Part shown: positions 30,428 through 39,651 of the stretch, piece by piece
Layout of the letters: every line of letters starts with the position of its first letter
Position numbering within the stretch: the first letter of the stretch is position 1
NCBI GenBank assembly: GCA_964399295.1
Contig: CAYNQD010000001.1
Location: 203,944 to 267,943, forward strand
DNA from: an uncultured Candidatus Saccharibacteria bacterium
GTDB taxonomy: Bacteria; Patescibacteriota; Minisyncoccia; Phycocordibacterales; UBA918
Direction of reading: 5' to 3'
Length of the DNA stretch: 64,000 bases
Notes under the pieces: model-generated
Told to the model about the DNA's origin: nothing
Database searches by the model: none
The model's input: only the letters and a program-made list of their open reading frames with translations
Position numbers and translations under genes: made by a program

Positions 30428-32386
30428 ATGCGGTATAATGAGCTGATGAAAAGCAGATCTTTGGTAGTTTTGCCTGTAACTCGCGTTGGTAAAAAACGAG
30501 CTGTTAAGCCTAAGATTAAAAAAGACATCAAAACGACAAAAGCGGTATTGCTAAAAACTAAGACCGTCATCCCGAAAAAAAGCCCAATTCCTAAGCTTAA
30601 AAAAATGACCGAATTGGCTGCCACAGAATCACCAGCCTCTTTGCCAGTCGATAAGCAAAACCACAAACAAAAAACCGCTCCGCCCATTATCAAGCGCAAT
30701 CCTTTGGGACATTTGCTGATTGAAAAAATGTTTAGAGAAGCCGGTTTTCGCGGCGGCGTTTCTACCGATAAGCGCGTCCTGGAAAAATACAGCACTGATG
30801 AAAGTATTTTTTCCATCAATCCCCAAGTGGTGATACAGCCCAAAAATCAACGCGATATTGAAATCGCCACTAAAGTAATCGCTCGTGAAACCAAACGTTT
30901 CTCTTCCCTTTCCCTGACACCACGAGCGGCTGGCACGGGCTTGAGTGGGGGCTCGCTGACGGATTCTATTGTCGTGGATGTTTGTTCTTATATGGATCAC
31001 ATTGGTGAAGTGAAAGTTAAAGCTGATTCCATAACCATCACCTGCGAACCTGGAGCTATGTGGCGCGATGTGGAAAAAAAGCTAAAAAAGCACAGCGCTT
31101 ACCTCCCCTCTTACACCTCGTCTAAAGATATCTGCAGCCTTGGCGGCTCAATCGGCAACAACGCCGCCGGCCCGGATTCTCTCCGTTATGGCCACTGTGC
31201 AGACTGGGTGGAAGAACTGGACGTGGTGTTGGCAGATGGAAACACCTACACCCTAAAACCCCTCACTCACAAACAATTTAAAAGTCTTATTAAAGAAAAA
31301 CACGAACACGCCAGAATTGCCAGAGAAATTTTTTCCTTAATTGAAAAAAGTGAAAAAGAAATACTAAAAAACCAACCCAAAACCCAAAAAAATTCCGCTG
31401 GCTATGCTTTGTGGCATGTTTTTTCAACGTCAGTAGCTGATTTTAAGAAAGGCAAAGGCACCTTTGATTTGACGCGACTGATTTCCGGCAGTCAGGGAAC
31501 AATTGGCGTAATAACAAATATCACTATGCGCGCTTTGCCGATTCAGCAAAACACCACTCTCATCGCTGTGCCGATATTTGATTTGCAGGACGCGGCCAGG
31601 GTCGTCACCAAAGCTTTGGAATTTAACCCCATCAACGTCGAAGTGTTTGATGGTTTGACTTTTGATCTGGCGCTCAAGAATCCGGATTTTTTCAAAAAAC
31701 GCCTACCAAGACTAGACTATTATCGCGCCATGCTCAAAATGTACACGACTTTTCACGTGCGGTATGGTCGCAAAACACCTGAATTCACAATGCTTATTAC
31801 CCTGGATAGCGACACTACACAAAAAAATCCGACTTATGAGATTATTGAAGCTATCAGTTCTGGAAATGCCAAAGCTAGAGTTATCACCAGCCAGATTGAG
31901 GCGGAAATGCTGTGGCAAATACGTCGCGCCAGCTACACTCTTTCAAAGTTTCAAGATCAGAAAAAACGTCCAGCGGCTTTTCTGGAAGACATGACCGTTC
32001 CGCCGGAAAATCTGGCTAAGTTTTTTGTCGAAATCAAGAAGCTGTTAAAGGAATTCAACGTCACCGCGGCGGTGCATGGGCATGGCGGCAATGGGCATTT
32101 ACACTTCTATCCCCTGCTAGATTTTACCCAAAAAACCACCCCGTTTTTGGTAGAAAAAATGTCCGAACGCTTTTATAACATCGCCATTAAATACGGCGGA
32201 AATATCTGCGGTGAACACAACGACGGTATTATTCGCACTCCGCATTTAAGCAAGATGTTTTCCAAGTCTATGTTGGAACTTTTTAAAGAAACAGAACACA
32301 TCTTCGATCCTGACGATATTTTTAATCCGGGAAAAAAAGTTAACCCTCGTTTTGACATCAAAACAACCATGCGCACCATCAACTAA
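30428..32386 (+). CDS. FAD-linked (PCMH-type) oxidase, GlcD/D-lactate dehydrogenase-like, with a Lys-rich N-terminal extension. Internal starts near 30605 are possible
   Basis: FAD-binding block VVIQPKNQRDIEIATKVIA…RAAGTGLSGGS; C-terminal FAD-oxidase_C domain. Confidence 0.7.
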   Translation: MRYNELMKSRSLVVLPVTRVGKKRAVKPKIKKDIKTTKAVLLKTKTVIPKKSPIPKLKKMTELAATESPASLPVDKQNHKQKTAPPIIKRNPLGHLLIEKMFREAGFRGGVSTDKRVLEKYSTDESIFSINPQVVIQPKNQRDIEIATKVIARETKRFSSLSLTPRAAGTGLSGGSLTDSIVVDVCSYMDHIGEVKVKADSITITCEPGAMWRDVEKKLKKHSAYLPSYTSSKDICSLGGSIGNNAAGPDSLRYGHCADWVEELDVVLADGNTYTLKPLTHKQFKSLIKEKHEHARIAREIFSLIEKSEKEILKNQPKTQKNSAGYALWHVFSTSVADFKKGKGTFDLTRLISGSQGTIGVITNITMRALPIQQNTTLIAVPIFDLQDAARVVTKALEFNPINVEVFDGLTFDLALKNPDFFKKRLPRLDYYRAMLKMYTTFHVRYGRKTPEFTMLITLDSDTTQKNPTYEIIEAISSGNAKARVITSQIEAEMLWQIRRASYTLSKFQDQKKRPAAFLEDMTVPPENLAKFFVEIKKLLKEFNVTAAVHGHGGNGHLHFYPLLDFTQKTTPFLVEKMSERFYNIAIKYGGNICGEHNDGIIRTPHLSKMFSKSMLELFKETEHIFDPDDIFNPGKKVNPRFDIKTTMRTIN

Positions 32387-32474
32387 AGCTTATTTTTTGT
32401 TCCCCTAATTCCACTTCACAGATTCTAATTTTTCTGCTATAAATATGCCACTTGCGGTTTATTATTGTGAGCAT

Positions 32475-32549
32475 GGCCCTATCGTCTAATGGTTAGGACA
32501 GCAGGTTTTCATCCTGCAAATCGGAGTTCGATTCTCCGTAGGGTCACCA
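32475..32549 (+). tRNA. tRNA-Glu (anticodon UUC), 75 nt including CCA
   Basis: Manual fold: 7-bp acceptor stem GGCCCTA/TAGGGTC, anticodon stem CAGG/CCTG with loop TTTTCAT, T-arm CGGAG-TTCGATT-CTCCG. Confidence 0.85.
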
Positions 32550-33976
32550 TAACGCAATTCTTCACTTTCAGCGATGGCTGCAAACGGTTTTTGCAAAGTA
32601 AAGACAAGGGTTTTTCCATCAATCTCCAGGTTCGAGGTAACTGATTTTAGCAAATCACGGTTTTCATTCTCATTAGCCTGTTTTTTGTTGATAGCTATAG
32701 CTTTTACCAGTTCGAGGAATTTTATTGTCTTGTAGTCGTTTTTGAACATTTCTGTTTGTACTTCTGCGAGGTCTTCCTCTCTGCTCAATCTTTCATGCAG
32801 TAATTTTTGGTGGCGGTTGTTAAACGTTTCTTTGTCAATCATGCGGTCGATAAAAGCATCGGTGAGACGAGTGATTCTTTCATCAACTTCAGCCAGTTTA
32901 AGTTTGGCGGACTGGATTAATTCAGCTTGGTGCTGGTAGCGTTCCGCTTGGAGGACGGTAAATTCAGCTTCCAGTTTGTTGATGGAAGTCACCGGCAAAC
33001 TAAGCTGATCAATCATAGCTTGCATCTGTTCATCAACTTTGTCTTCTCGGATACAAGCCCGAGGACAGTCTTTGGTATGACAACGGTAATAGACCTGCCC
33101 TTTCTGGTATTCAGCAATCAGGTTATAGTGGCAATGCAGACATTTGATAGATTTGCGGTAGCGGAACTGGTGTTTTAGACCGGTATTCTTGTTTCGACCG
33201 TGCAAAATATCTTGTACGCGGTCAAACTGGTATTTCTTGATCAATGGCTCATGAATACCCTGGTAGCGTTCACCAGTGGAGACGATATGAATAATACCGA
33301 TATAGAATTCATTGCCGAGCATGGTGGATAAACCGTTTCTGGATACTCGATTGCCCGAGCGGTTTCGCAGTCCCGCCTGATACATTTCCCTGCCTAAAGT
33401 ATAGAGACTGTGTTCACCGGTAGCGTAGAGCTTGAAGGCTTGTTGCACCAGTGGGGCCATTATCGGATCAGGTAGTTTTGGCAGTCCACGACCTTGGTCG
33501 AGGTAACCTAAAGGAGCGCGGAGTGGATAGAGTCCTTGCCGTAATCGGCCTCGAAATCCTTTTTTCACCTCATCCCGCAAGTTGCGGATAAAATCCGCCG
33601 CTACCACGGCCTGGATATCAGCGGCCAGTCGTCCACCGCGTGATTGCAGGTCTAGGCTTTCATGAGCAAAATGTACTTCAATACCTTTGTCGATTAGAGA
33701 ACCAAGATCAGCCCAGTCTTTTAGATTCCTGGCACTCCGGTCTATCTTGTGAATAATTACCCCGCCAGCTTGGCCTTTCACTAAAAGTCCAAGCATTTTG
33801 GTGAAAATAGTACGACCGCGTTTAGCCGCTGTTTCCTTTTCTTCAAACCACTGTTTGATGGTTAGGTTGTGACGACTGGCGTAGTTTTCGATAGCAAAAC
33901 GTTGTTCTGCTAAGGAAGAACCTTGGGTTCCTTGTTTGATGGTTGATACTCGGATATAGGCATAAACATATTTCAT
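32486..33976 (-). CDS. Large serine recombinase (integrase); its 3′ end overlaps the 3′ half of tRNA-Glu
   Basis: N-terminal resolvase catalytic domain YIRVSTIKQ…SLAEQ…HKIDRSARN, recombinase domain, zinc-ribbon Cys cluster, coiled coil. Confidence 0.8.
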   Translation of the reverse strand: MKYVYAYIRVSTIKQGTQGSSLAEQRFAIENYASRHNLTIKQWFEEKETAAKRGRTIFTKMLGLLVKGQAGGVIIHKIDRSARNLKDWADLGSLIDKGIEVHFAHESLDLQSRGGRLAADIQAVVAADFIRNLRDEVKKGFRGRLRQGLYPLRAPLGYLDQGRGLPKLPDPIMAPLVQQAFKLYATGEHSLYTLGREMYQAGLRNRSGNRVSRNGLSTMLGNEFYIGIIHIVSTGERYQGIHEPLIKKYQFDRVQDILHGRNKNTGLKHQFRYRKSIKCLHCHYNLIAEYQKGQVYYRCHTKDCPRACIREDKVDEQMQAMIDQLSLPVTSINKLEAEFTVLQAERYQHQAELIQSAKLKLAEVDERITRLTDAFIDRMIDKETFNNRHQKLLHERLSREEDLAEVQTEMFKNDYKTIKFLELVKAIAINKKQANENENRDLLKSVTSNLEIDGKTLVFTLQKPFAAIAESEELRYGDPTENRTPICRMKTCCPNH

Positions 33977-34197
33977 ACTGCATCAGGTTTAGATTCCTTA
34001 ACTTTATCATTATTATCGGGAAAGTCACGAATCTCATCTAACCTGCCTTCGGCTTCCAGACGCAAGAATATTCGATACAACACCGCTAAATAGGCGCGGA
34101 AATTGACGGTAGCTTCTTTTAATTCTTCATCGCTAGCGTCTGGCATAAAGTGCTGCACAATTTCAGCGATTTCCGGTGGTGGTGGGTATTTTTTCAT
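33973..34197 (-). CDS. Small acidic protein upstream of and overlapping the integrase (candidate recombination directionality factor / accessory protein)
   Basis: 74-aa ORF with a 4-bp ATGA overlap with the integrase start; no recognised family. Confidence 0.3.
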   Translation of the reverse strand: MKKYPPPPEIAEIVQHFMPDASDEELKEATVNFRAYLAVLYRIFLRLEAEGRLDEIRDFPDNNDKVKESKPDAV

Positions 34198-34304
34198 TCA
34201 TACAGTGTGACGGAAGCTGGTTTTCCAGACCAGGGACTAAAGCTTGTTGATACAGCAAACACTCTACCCTCCAGCAAATAAGGGCGGGTCGCTATGCTTT
34301 AGCT

Positions 34305-35609
34305 ATGCAAAAAAACCTGTCCAAAGCAAGAAAAGTAGTGTCTGAGTGTCTGACCAATGGCACCATGATTGAGATGGTTTATGATCGGGAAAACAAACGA
34401 ACCGGCCTGGCTTGTTTGGAAGTGGGAAATATTTCAATTAATCACTCGTACCAATCACCAGCAGGAGAAAAACTAGAGCCGATCCCCGCTACCAATAACC
34501 TCATCAAACACGGAGCGTTGTTATTGGCAGAAAAACCGGTTCCCTATGCATCAGTGTCAAAGCTGATAGCAGACATCCAAGCCTATATCTACCGCTACGT
34601 TGATATCTCTGATCATTTTCGTCAGATCGCCAGCTACTACATCCTCCTCACCTGGGTTTATGATGCTTTTAATGAAATTCCCTATCTGCGCCTACGGGGT
34701 GATTTTGGTTCTGGCAAAACCCGCGCCTTGTTGGTGATTGGATCACTGTGTCACAAAGCTTTTTTTGCCAGTGGTGCTTCCACCGTGTCGCCCATTTTTC
34801 ATACGCTGGATACTTTTCGGGGAACGTTGGTGTTTGATGAAGCGGATTTTCGCTTTAGTGATGAGAAAAATGAATTGGTGAAAATCTTTAATAACGGCAA
34901 CGTGCGCGGTTTTCCGATTCTCCGCACCGCTATCACCATTCAGCGTGAATTTGATCCTCGTGCCTTCCATGTCTATGGCCCCAAGATTGTGGCGATGCGG
35001 AAATCGTTTGCTGATCCTGCTCTGGAAAGTCGGTTTCTAACTGAAGAGATGGGCCAGAGCAGTCTTAGACGGGATATTCCCATAAACCTTCCTGATGTAC
35101 AGCAGGAAGAAGCGTTAGCGCTAAGAAACCAACTGCTGATGTATCGTTTTAAGATGTTACCTACCATCAAAGTCAACGACTCGTTACTTGATTCTTCCCT
35201 TTCACCACGACTGAACCAAATACTTATACCGCTACTTTCAATTATTGATGATGATAGGTTAAGAAATGGTATCCGCGAGGCAGTACGGTCGTTTGATCAA
35301 AAACTGTATGCTGAACGATCAGCGTCAATGGAGGCTGGGGTGTTGGAAATAATCCAGGAGTTATATCAGCATGGCGGTAGTGGGTCTATTCCAGTTTCGC
35401 AAATAGCTTCTATTTTTATTAGTCGATTTTCCACTGAGTATCAACGCCCAATCACAGCCAGAATAGTTGGCGGGGTACTGAGGAAACGCTTGCGTTTAGT
35501 GACATACAAAAGCCACGGGGTTTATGTGCTACCAGTGACGGAGAAACCAAAAGTAGCTGAGCTTTGTATTCGTTACGGGGTAACGGAACGAAATATTGAT
35601 GTGAATTGA
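34305..35609 (+). CDS. P-loop NTPase of the integrated element (primase-C / replication-mobilisation-like)
   Basis: Walker A GDFGSGKT and Walker B LVFDEADF; no housekeeping orthologue recognised. Confidence 0.4.
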   Translation: MQKNLSKARKVVSECLTNGTMIEMVYDRENKRTGLACLEVGNISINHSYQSPAGEKLEPIPATNNLIKHGALLLAEKPVPYASVSKLIADIQAYIYRYVDISDHFRQIASYYILLTWVYDAFNEIPYLRLRGDFGSGKTRALLVIGSLCHKAFFASGASTVSPIFHTLDTFRGTLVFDEADFRFSDEKNELVKIFNNGNVRGFPILRTAITIQREFDPRAFHVYGPKIVAMRKSFADPALESRFLTEEMGQSSLRRDIPINLPDVQQEEALALRNQLLMYRFKMLPTIKVNDSLLDSSLSPRLNQILIPLLSIIDDDRLRNGIREAVRSFDQKLYAERSASMEAGVLEIIQELYQHGGSGSIPVSQIASIFISRFSTEYQRPITARIVGGVLRKRLRLVTYKSHGVYVLPVTEKPKVAELCIRYGVTERNIDVN

Positions 35610-35614
35610 GTGGT

Positions 35615-35750
35615 GGGTAGACTTGGGGACGTGGGGACGAAAAATACGGGTATCAAGTAACTGGTACCCGTTATTTATATAGCTTTATTTATCAACGCCT
35701 TGGCTTAGCTTTGTGTCGCTCACTACGTCCCCACGTCCCCCAGTCTACCC
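35615..35750. repeat. MITE-like unit: 25-bp terminal inverted repeats (1 mismatch) flanking an 86-bp core with an internal hairpin
   Basis: gggtagacttggggacgtggggacg (35615–35639) versus cgtccccacgtcccccagtctaccc (35726–35750). Confidence 0.55.
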
Positions 35751-35784
35751 GAGTTATCCCCAGCGGTAATTTCTCCATACTACT

Positions 35785-37663
35785 TAGTGTCTGCCCGAAA
35801 ACTCACAATTCAAATAAATAACAATGGATTACGTTTAATTCCGGCAAAGAAGATTAGAAGGAATTTGAAATAAAACGACGTAGATAGGCGGTTTTGTCGT
35901 ATTTCAGGCCACAAAAACCCCAAACTTCGACAATAGTTTGAGAGAATATTCTTTATCACAAACCAACTTCGTTCGAATGGAATCCTCATGCGCGTAGTCC
36001 GAAAGACCCAAATGCAGTTAGGTGAAATTGACGTATCACAAATCAAATTTGATTTGCATTCCCGAGACGATATCCCCAAGGTGTTGCGCGGATTGCAGCA
36101 TCTATATCTGAACGAAACATTACGCGAACAGGTATTTGCGTTGCTGGGAAATGAAATTGCACCCACAGTGAACAAGCAAAATGGCCGTCCCGGCATGACA
36201 CTCTGGCGTATTCTGGTTTTTGGCGTATTGCGTCTGGACTTGAATATCGACTACGACCGTCTTCATGAGCTGAGCAACCAGCATCGAACCTTGCGGCAAA
36301 TGCTCGGCCATGGCTTGTACGATGAAGACAGGAAATATGCTTACCAGACCCTGGTGGATAACGTTGGACTGCTCACGCCGGAATTACTGGACAAACTGAA
36401 CCAGGTCATCGTAGCAGGAGGACATGCGCTGGTAAAAAAAAAGGACGGCGCAGCCCTGCGTGGGCGGTGCGACTCCTTTGTGGTTGAAACCGATGTTCAT
36501 TTTCCAACCGACATCAATTTGTTGTGGGACGCGATGCGCAAGGCGATTACGCTGACCGCGCAATGGAGTGAAAACCAACAACACAGCGATTGGCGCCAAT
36601 ATCGTTACAACCTGCGTCTATTGAAACGAAAGCTGCGTGAGGTGCAGCAAAGCAAGCGTCGCGCCAGCACGGATCAGAAGCCCATTCAGGTTATGCAGGC
36701 GCATCAGCGCTATCTTAATCAGGCGCAATATTACCTGAACAAAATTCAAACCACCTTGCCCGGATTGATTGCGATAACCGCGACCGAACGCCTGTTATGC
36801 ATTGAAATCGAAGGCTACATCCGTCATGCACAGCGTCAAATCAGCCAGATCGAACGCCGCGTAATGCAGAATGAGACCATCTTGCACGAAGAGAAAGTAT
36901 TTTCTGTTTTTGAGCCGCATACCGAATGGATCAGCAAAGGCAAAGCCGGTGTGCCGGTTGAGCTGGGTGTTAAAGTCTGTATTCTGGAAGATCAGCATCA
37001 ATTCATCCTGCATCATCACGTCATGACAAAACAAACCGATGATCGTATCGCGGTTGAAATGGTCACCGAGGCCAGGAAACGTTTTCCCGCCCTCAGTGCC
37101 TGTAGCTTCGATAAAGGCTTTCATTCGCCCGCCAACCAGACCGAACTGGCCCGGCAGCTCGACCAGGTCACGCTGCCTAAAAAGGGCAAGCTGTCCAAAG
37201 CGCGTCAAGCGGTAGAGCAGGCAGAAGAATTCACCAGAGCGCGTCATGCACACTCAGCGGTAGAATCGGCAATCCACGCGCTGGAAGTGCATGGTCTGGA
37301 TAAATGTCCCGATCATGGCATTAACGGTTTTAAACGGTACGTCGCACTGGCCGTTGTCGCCAGAAATATCCGTCGTATCGGAGATATTTTATGGCAGCGT
37401 GAAGAAGCACAAGAACGCAAGGCAAGCGCGCAACGAAATTCAAAGTATCGGCGAACTGCCTGAAACTTTTTCCAAACGAAAAACAGCGTCTGATTGTAAA
37501 CAATCAGCGGTGACTGCTGGGCAAAATTCGGGGTTTTCGTGCAAGATTTCCTGAAAATCACAAATGAACGTGTTTTTGGCGGAATCGTTCCGCTGAATTT
37601 TGTTCAAGGTGATTAAGAATTAGGCAGGCTGGTGGTGAAAATGGGGTTTTCGGGCAGACACTA
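35785..37663 (+). mobile_element. Insertion sequence (~1.88 kb), GC-rich (~50%) relative to the host, with 18-bp terminal IRs TAGTGTCTGCCCGAAAAC
   Basis: IR_L 35785–35802 and IR_R 37646–37663 are perfect reverse complements; a single transposase ORF lies inside. Confidence 0.7.
35988..37463 (+). CDS. DDE transposase of the IS (IS4/IS5-superfamily-like; exact family not assigned)
   Basis: 491-aa ORF filling the IS; DSFVVETDVHFPTD-type first Asp region; codon/GC bias foreign. Confidence 0.6.
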   Translation: MRVVRKTQMQLGEIDVSQIKFDLHSRDDIPKVLRGLQHLYLNETLREQVFALLGNEIAPTVNKQNGRPGMTLWRILVFGVLRLDLNIDYDRLHELSNQHRTLRQMLGHGLYDEDRKYAYQTLVDNVGLLTPELLDKLNQVIVAGGHALVKKKDGAALRGRCDSFVVETDVHFPTDINLLWDAMRKAITLTAQWSENQQHSDWRQYRYNLRLLKRKLREVQQSKRRASTDQKPIQVMQAHQRYLNQAQYYLNKIQTTLPGLIAITATERLLCIEIEGYIRHAQRQISQIERRVMQNETILHEEKVFSVFEPHTEWISKGKAGVPVELGVKVCILEDQHQFILHHHVMTKQTDDRIAVEMVTEARKRFPALSACSFDKGFHSPANQTELARQLDQVTLPKKGKLSKARQAVEQAEEFTRARHAHSAVESAIHALEVHGLDKCPDHGINGFKRYVALAVVARNIRRIGDILWQREEAQERKASAQRNSKYRRTA

Positions 37664-37731
37664 CTTAAACATGCTTTCGAGCGTGACAATAAAAATGCTT
37701 CTGAAGCTAACCCGCAGAAGCCATAAATTCT

Positions 37732-38106
37732 ATGAAAAAGAATAATAAAAATAAGTTTGCCCGGTGCTATTTACGCACATACCGGCGCAATTGGGGTTTA
37801 ACCCAAAAAGAATTGGCGACCTTGATTGGTACCGCCAGCAGTGTACAGATTAGTCGTTACGAAAACAGCAAACGCGCCCCCAAATTAGAAGTCGCGCTTG
37901 CCTGCCAAGTCATTTTCGGGGTTCCCCCGTCAACCATGTTTCCAAATGCCTACGCCTTGTCCGAGGAAGAAGTCATGAGGAATATGTGTCAAATGGACTT
38001 GGCGCTCCAAAACACTACCAATCTTTCAGGATTACGCAAGCGAGAACTGTTTAGTATCGCTCTCAGGCGTGTTTTAGACGAATCCCCTTTAGTTAAAAAG
38101 GTATGA
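37732..38106 (+). CDS. XRE-family helix-turn-helix regulator
   Basis: GLTQKELATLIGTASSVQISRYENSKRAP HTH_3-like block. Confidence 0.6.
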   Translation: MKKNNKNKFARCYLRTYRRNWGLTQKELATLIGTASSVQISRYENSKRAPKLEVALACQVIFGVPPSTMFPNAYALSEEEVMRNMCQMDLALQNTTNLSGLRKRELFSIALRRVLDESPLVKKV

Positions 38107-38627
38107 GTGTGGTTTTAAACAAAAGCCTAGTGTTGGCTATCTATCCTTTCAGTCGTGGATTTGCCTTTGTGCTATTTGAAGGCCCAGATAGTCCATTTGA
38201 CTGGGGCGTGAAGGAAATCAGGGATAAGCAACGAAACGTTAAAACCTTGGATGAGATAAAGGAGCTGATTGATCGTTATTGCCCGGAAGCCCTAGTGATG
38301 GAAGATATCAGCGACCGTGCTGGCCGACGATCAACCCGAATCAAGAAGCTTTATCAAATGATTGTTCATCTAGCCATCACTGAACACCTTGATCTGCATC
38401 GGATTTCCCATGCTGATACCAAACGGTATTTTGCCGTTATCGGTGCTGTTACCAAATACGAAATCGCTAAAGCCATTAGTCGACAAATACCGGCTTTTGG
38501 TCACCGGTTACCGAGAGTCCGTAAACCGTGGATGAGTGCTGATCCTAGGCAAAGTCTCTTTGATGCGGCGGCTTTGGGATTGGTCTTCTACGATAATCGC
38601 GGGGTACCCAGTCCTTTTGAAGCGTAA
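38103..38627 (+). CDS. Hypothetical protein, possibly an RNase H-like (RuvC/YqgF-like) fold
   Basis: LAIYPFSRGFAFVLFEG…LVMEDI resembles RuvC motif I/II spacing; 4-bp overlap with the upstream HTH gene. Confidence 0.3.
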   Translation: MSVVLNKSLVLAIYPFSRGFAFVLFEGPDSPFDWGVKEIRDKQRNVKTLDEIKELIDRYCPEALVMEDISDRAGRRSTRIKKLYQMIVHLAITEHLDLHRISHADTKRYFAVIGAVTKYEIAKAISRQIPAFGHRLPRVRKPWMSADPRQSLFDAAALGLVFYDNRGVPSPFEA

Positions 38628-38696
38628 TACAAAGCTTTTCCTTGTCATCGAGGAGTACCGAATTCCCGGTATTCCTCACGTGACAAGGAGGAAGTT

Positions 38697-39602
38697 ATGT
38701 TTCAAAGAAACGCGAGTACCAAAACCGATATCTACGCCAAGATAACCAATGAAATTATTCAGGCCATTGAAGCTGGTACCGGTGATTTTGCTATGCCCTG
38801 GCATAAACAAGCTTATGCTGGACTGCCACGGAATACTGTGACTAAACAGCCATACCGAGGTATTAATACGTTGTCTTTGTGGTTAGCTAGGCGGAGTGCG
38901 GGTTTTGCCAGTTCATACTGGGCATCATATTTGCAGTGGAAATCACTGAAAGCTCAGGTGCGGCAAGGTGAAAAGGGTTCAACTGTTGTGTTTTATAAGC
39001 AGCTGGAGAGCGAGGAGGAAAACGAAGACCGTGACGAAACTGAAAACCAAGCTCGAGCGGTGATCCGGTATTCCCACGTGTTCAACGGTGATCAGGTGGA
39101 TGGTTGGTCACAGACTGAAGCTCCAAGTCTGGCCAACCACACTAAATTTGCTAAAGCGGTGTGTTTTATCAATGCTCTTAAAAGCGATATCAAGCATGGT
39201 AGTGATACTGCTTATTATAGTCCAGCGCAGGATTGTATCTTTATGCCGAATCAGTCAATGTTTCAGGATACCAAAGCTGGTTCTGCCATTGAAGGCTACT
39301 ATGCGGTTTTGTTCCATGAGCATATTCATTGGTCTGGACACAAGACACGGTTAAACCGTGACATGTCTGGGAAATTTGGCTCTAGTTCTTACGCTATGGA
39401 AGAGTTGGTGGCAGAGCTTGGCGCATCGTTTCTGTGTGCTACGCTTGACATCAATACTTACCCGAGACCAGATCATGCTTCATACATTGCCAGCTGGCTT
39501 CAGGTACTGAAGGAACACAAAACGGCGATCTTTGCGGCGGCTGGTGCGGCTTCGAAAGCCAGTCTGTTCTTGGAAACATTAGTGGAGACTAATCGAAATT
39601 AA
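38697..39602 (+). CDS. ardC: ArdC-like antirestriction protein (ssDNA-binding N-domain plus zincin metalloprotease C-domain)
   Basis: ITNEIIQAIEAGTG…PWHK…KQPYRGINTLSLW…GEKGSTVVFY (DUF1738-like) and HEHIHWSGH. Confidence 0.75.
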   Translation: MFQRNASTKTDIYAKITNEIIQAIEAGTGDFAMPWHKQAYAGLPRNTVTKQPYRGINTLSLWLARRSAGFASSYWASYLQWKSLKAQVRQGEKGSTVVFYKQLESEEENEDRDETENQARAVIRYSHVFNGDQVDGWSQTEAPSLANHTKFAKAVCFINALKSDIKHGSDTAYYSPAQDCIFMPNQSMFQDTKAGSAIEGYYAVLFHEHIHWSGHKTRLNRDMSGKFGSSSYAMEELVAELGASFLCATLDINTYPRPDHASYIASWLQVLKEHKTAIFAAAGAASKASLFLETLVETNRN

Positions 39603-39651
39603 AGCAGTTCTTTTTAACCCGGCCTTGGTGGTCGGGTTTTTTATCTCTGAC
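39405..39651 (+). repeat. Direct repeat copy 1 (ardC 3′ end plus terminator), ~95% identical to 42874–43120
   Basis: Alignment by eye of ttggtggcagagcttggcgcatcgtttct…gtcgggttttt. Confidence 0.8.
39617..39645 (+). terminator. Rho-independent terminator of ardC
   Basis: aacccggccttggtggtcgggtttttt. Confidence 0.65.

Noticed and set aside
32475-32549. Possibility that the tRNA-like sequence is only an att remnant rather than a functional tRNA
   Set aside because: The full cloverleaf folds (acceptor, D, anticodon and T arms) with a correct 7-nt anticodon loop and encoded CCA. It is therefore kept as an intact tRNA-Glu.
35810-36196. 128-aa minus-strand ORF overlapping the IS left end and transposase start
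   Set aside because: It lies antisense within the IS inverted repeat and transposase 5′ region, with Cys/Arg-rich low-complexity sequence. It is most likely spurious.
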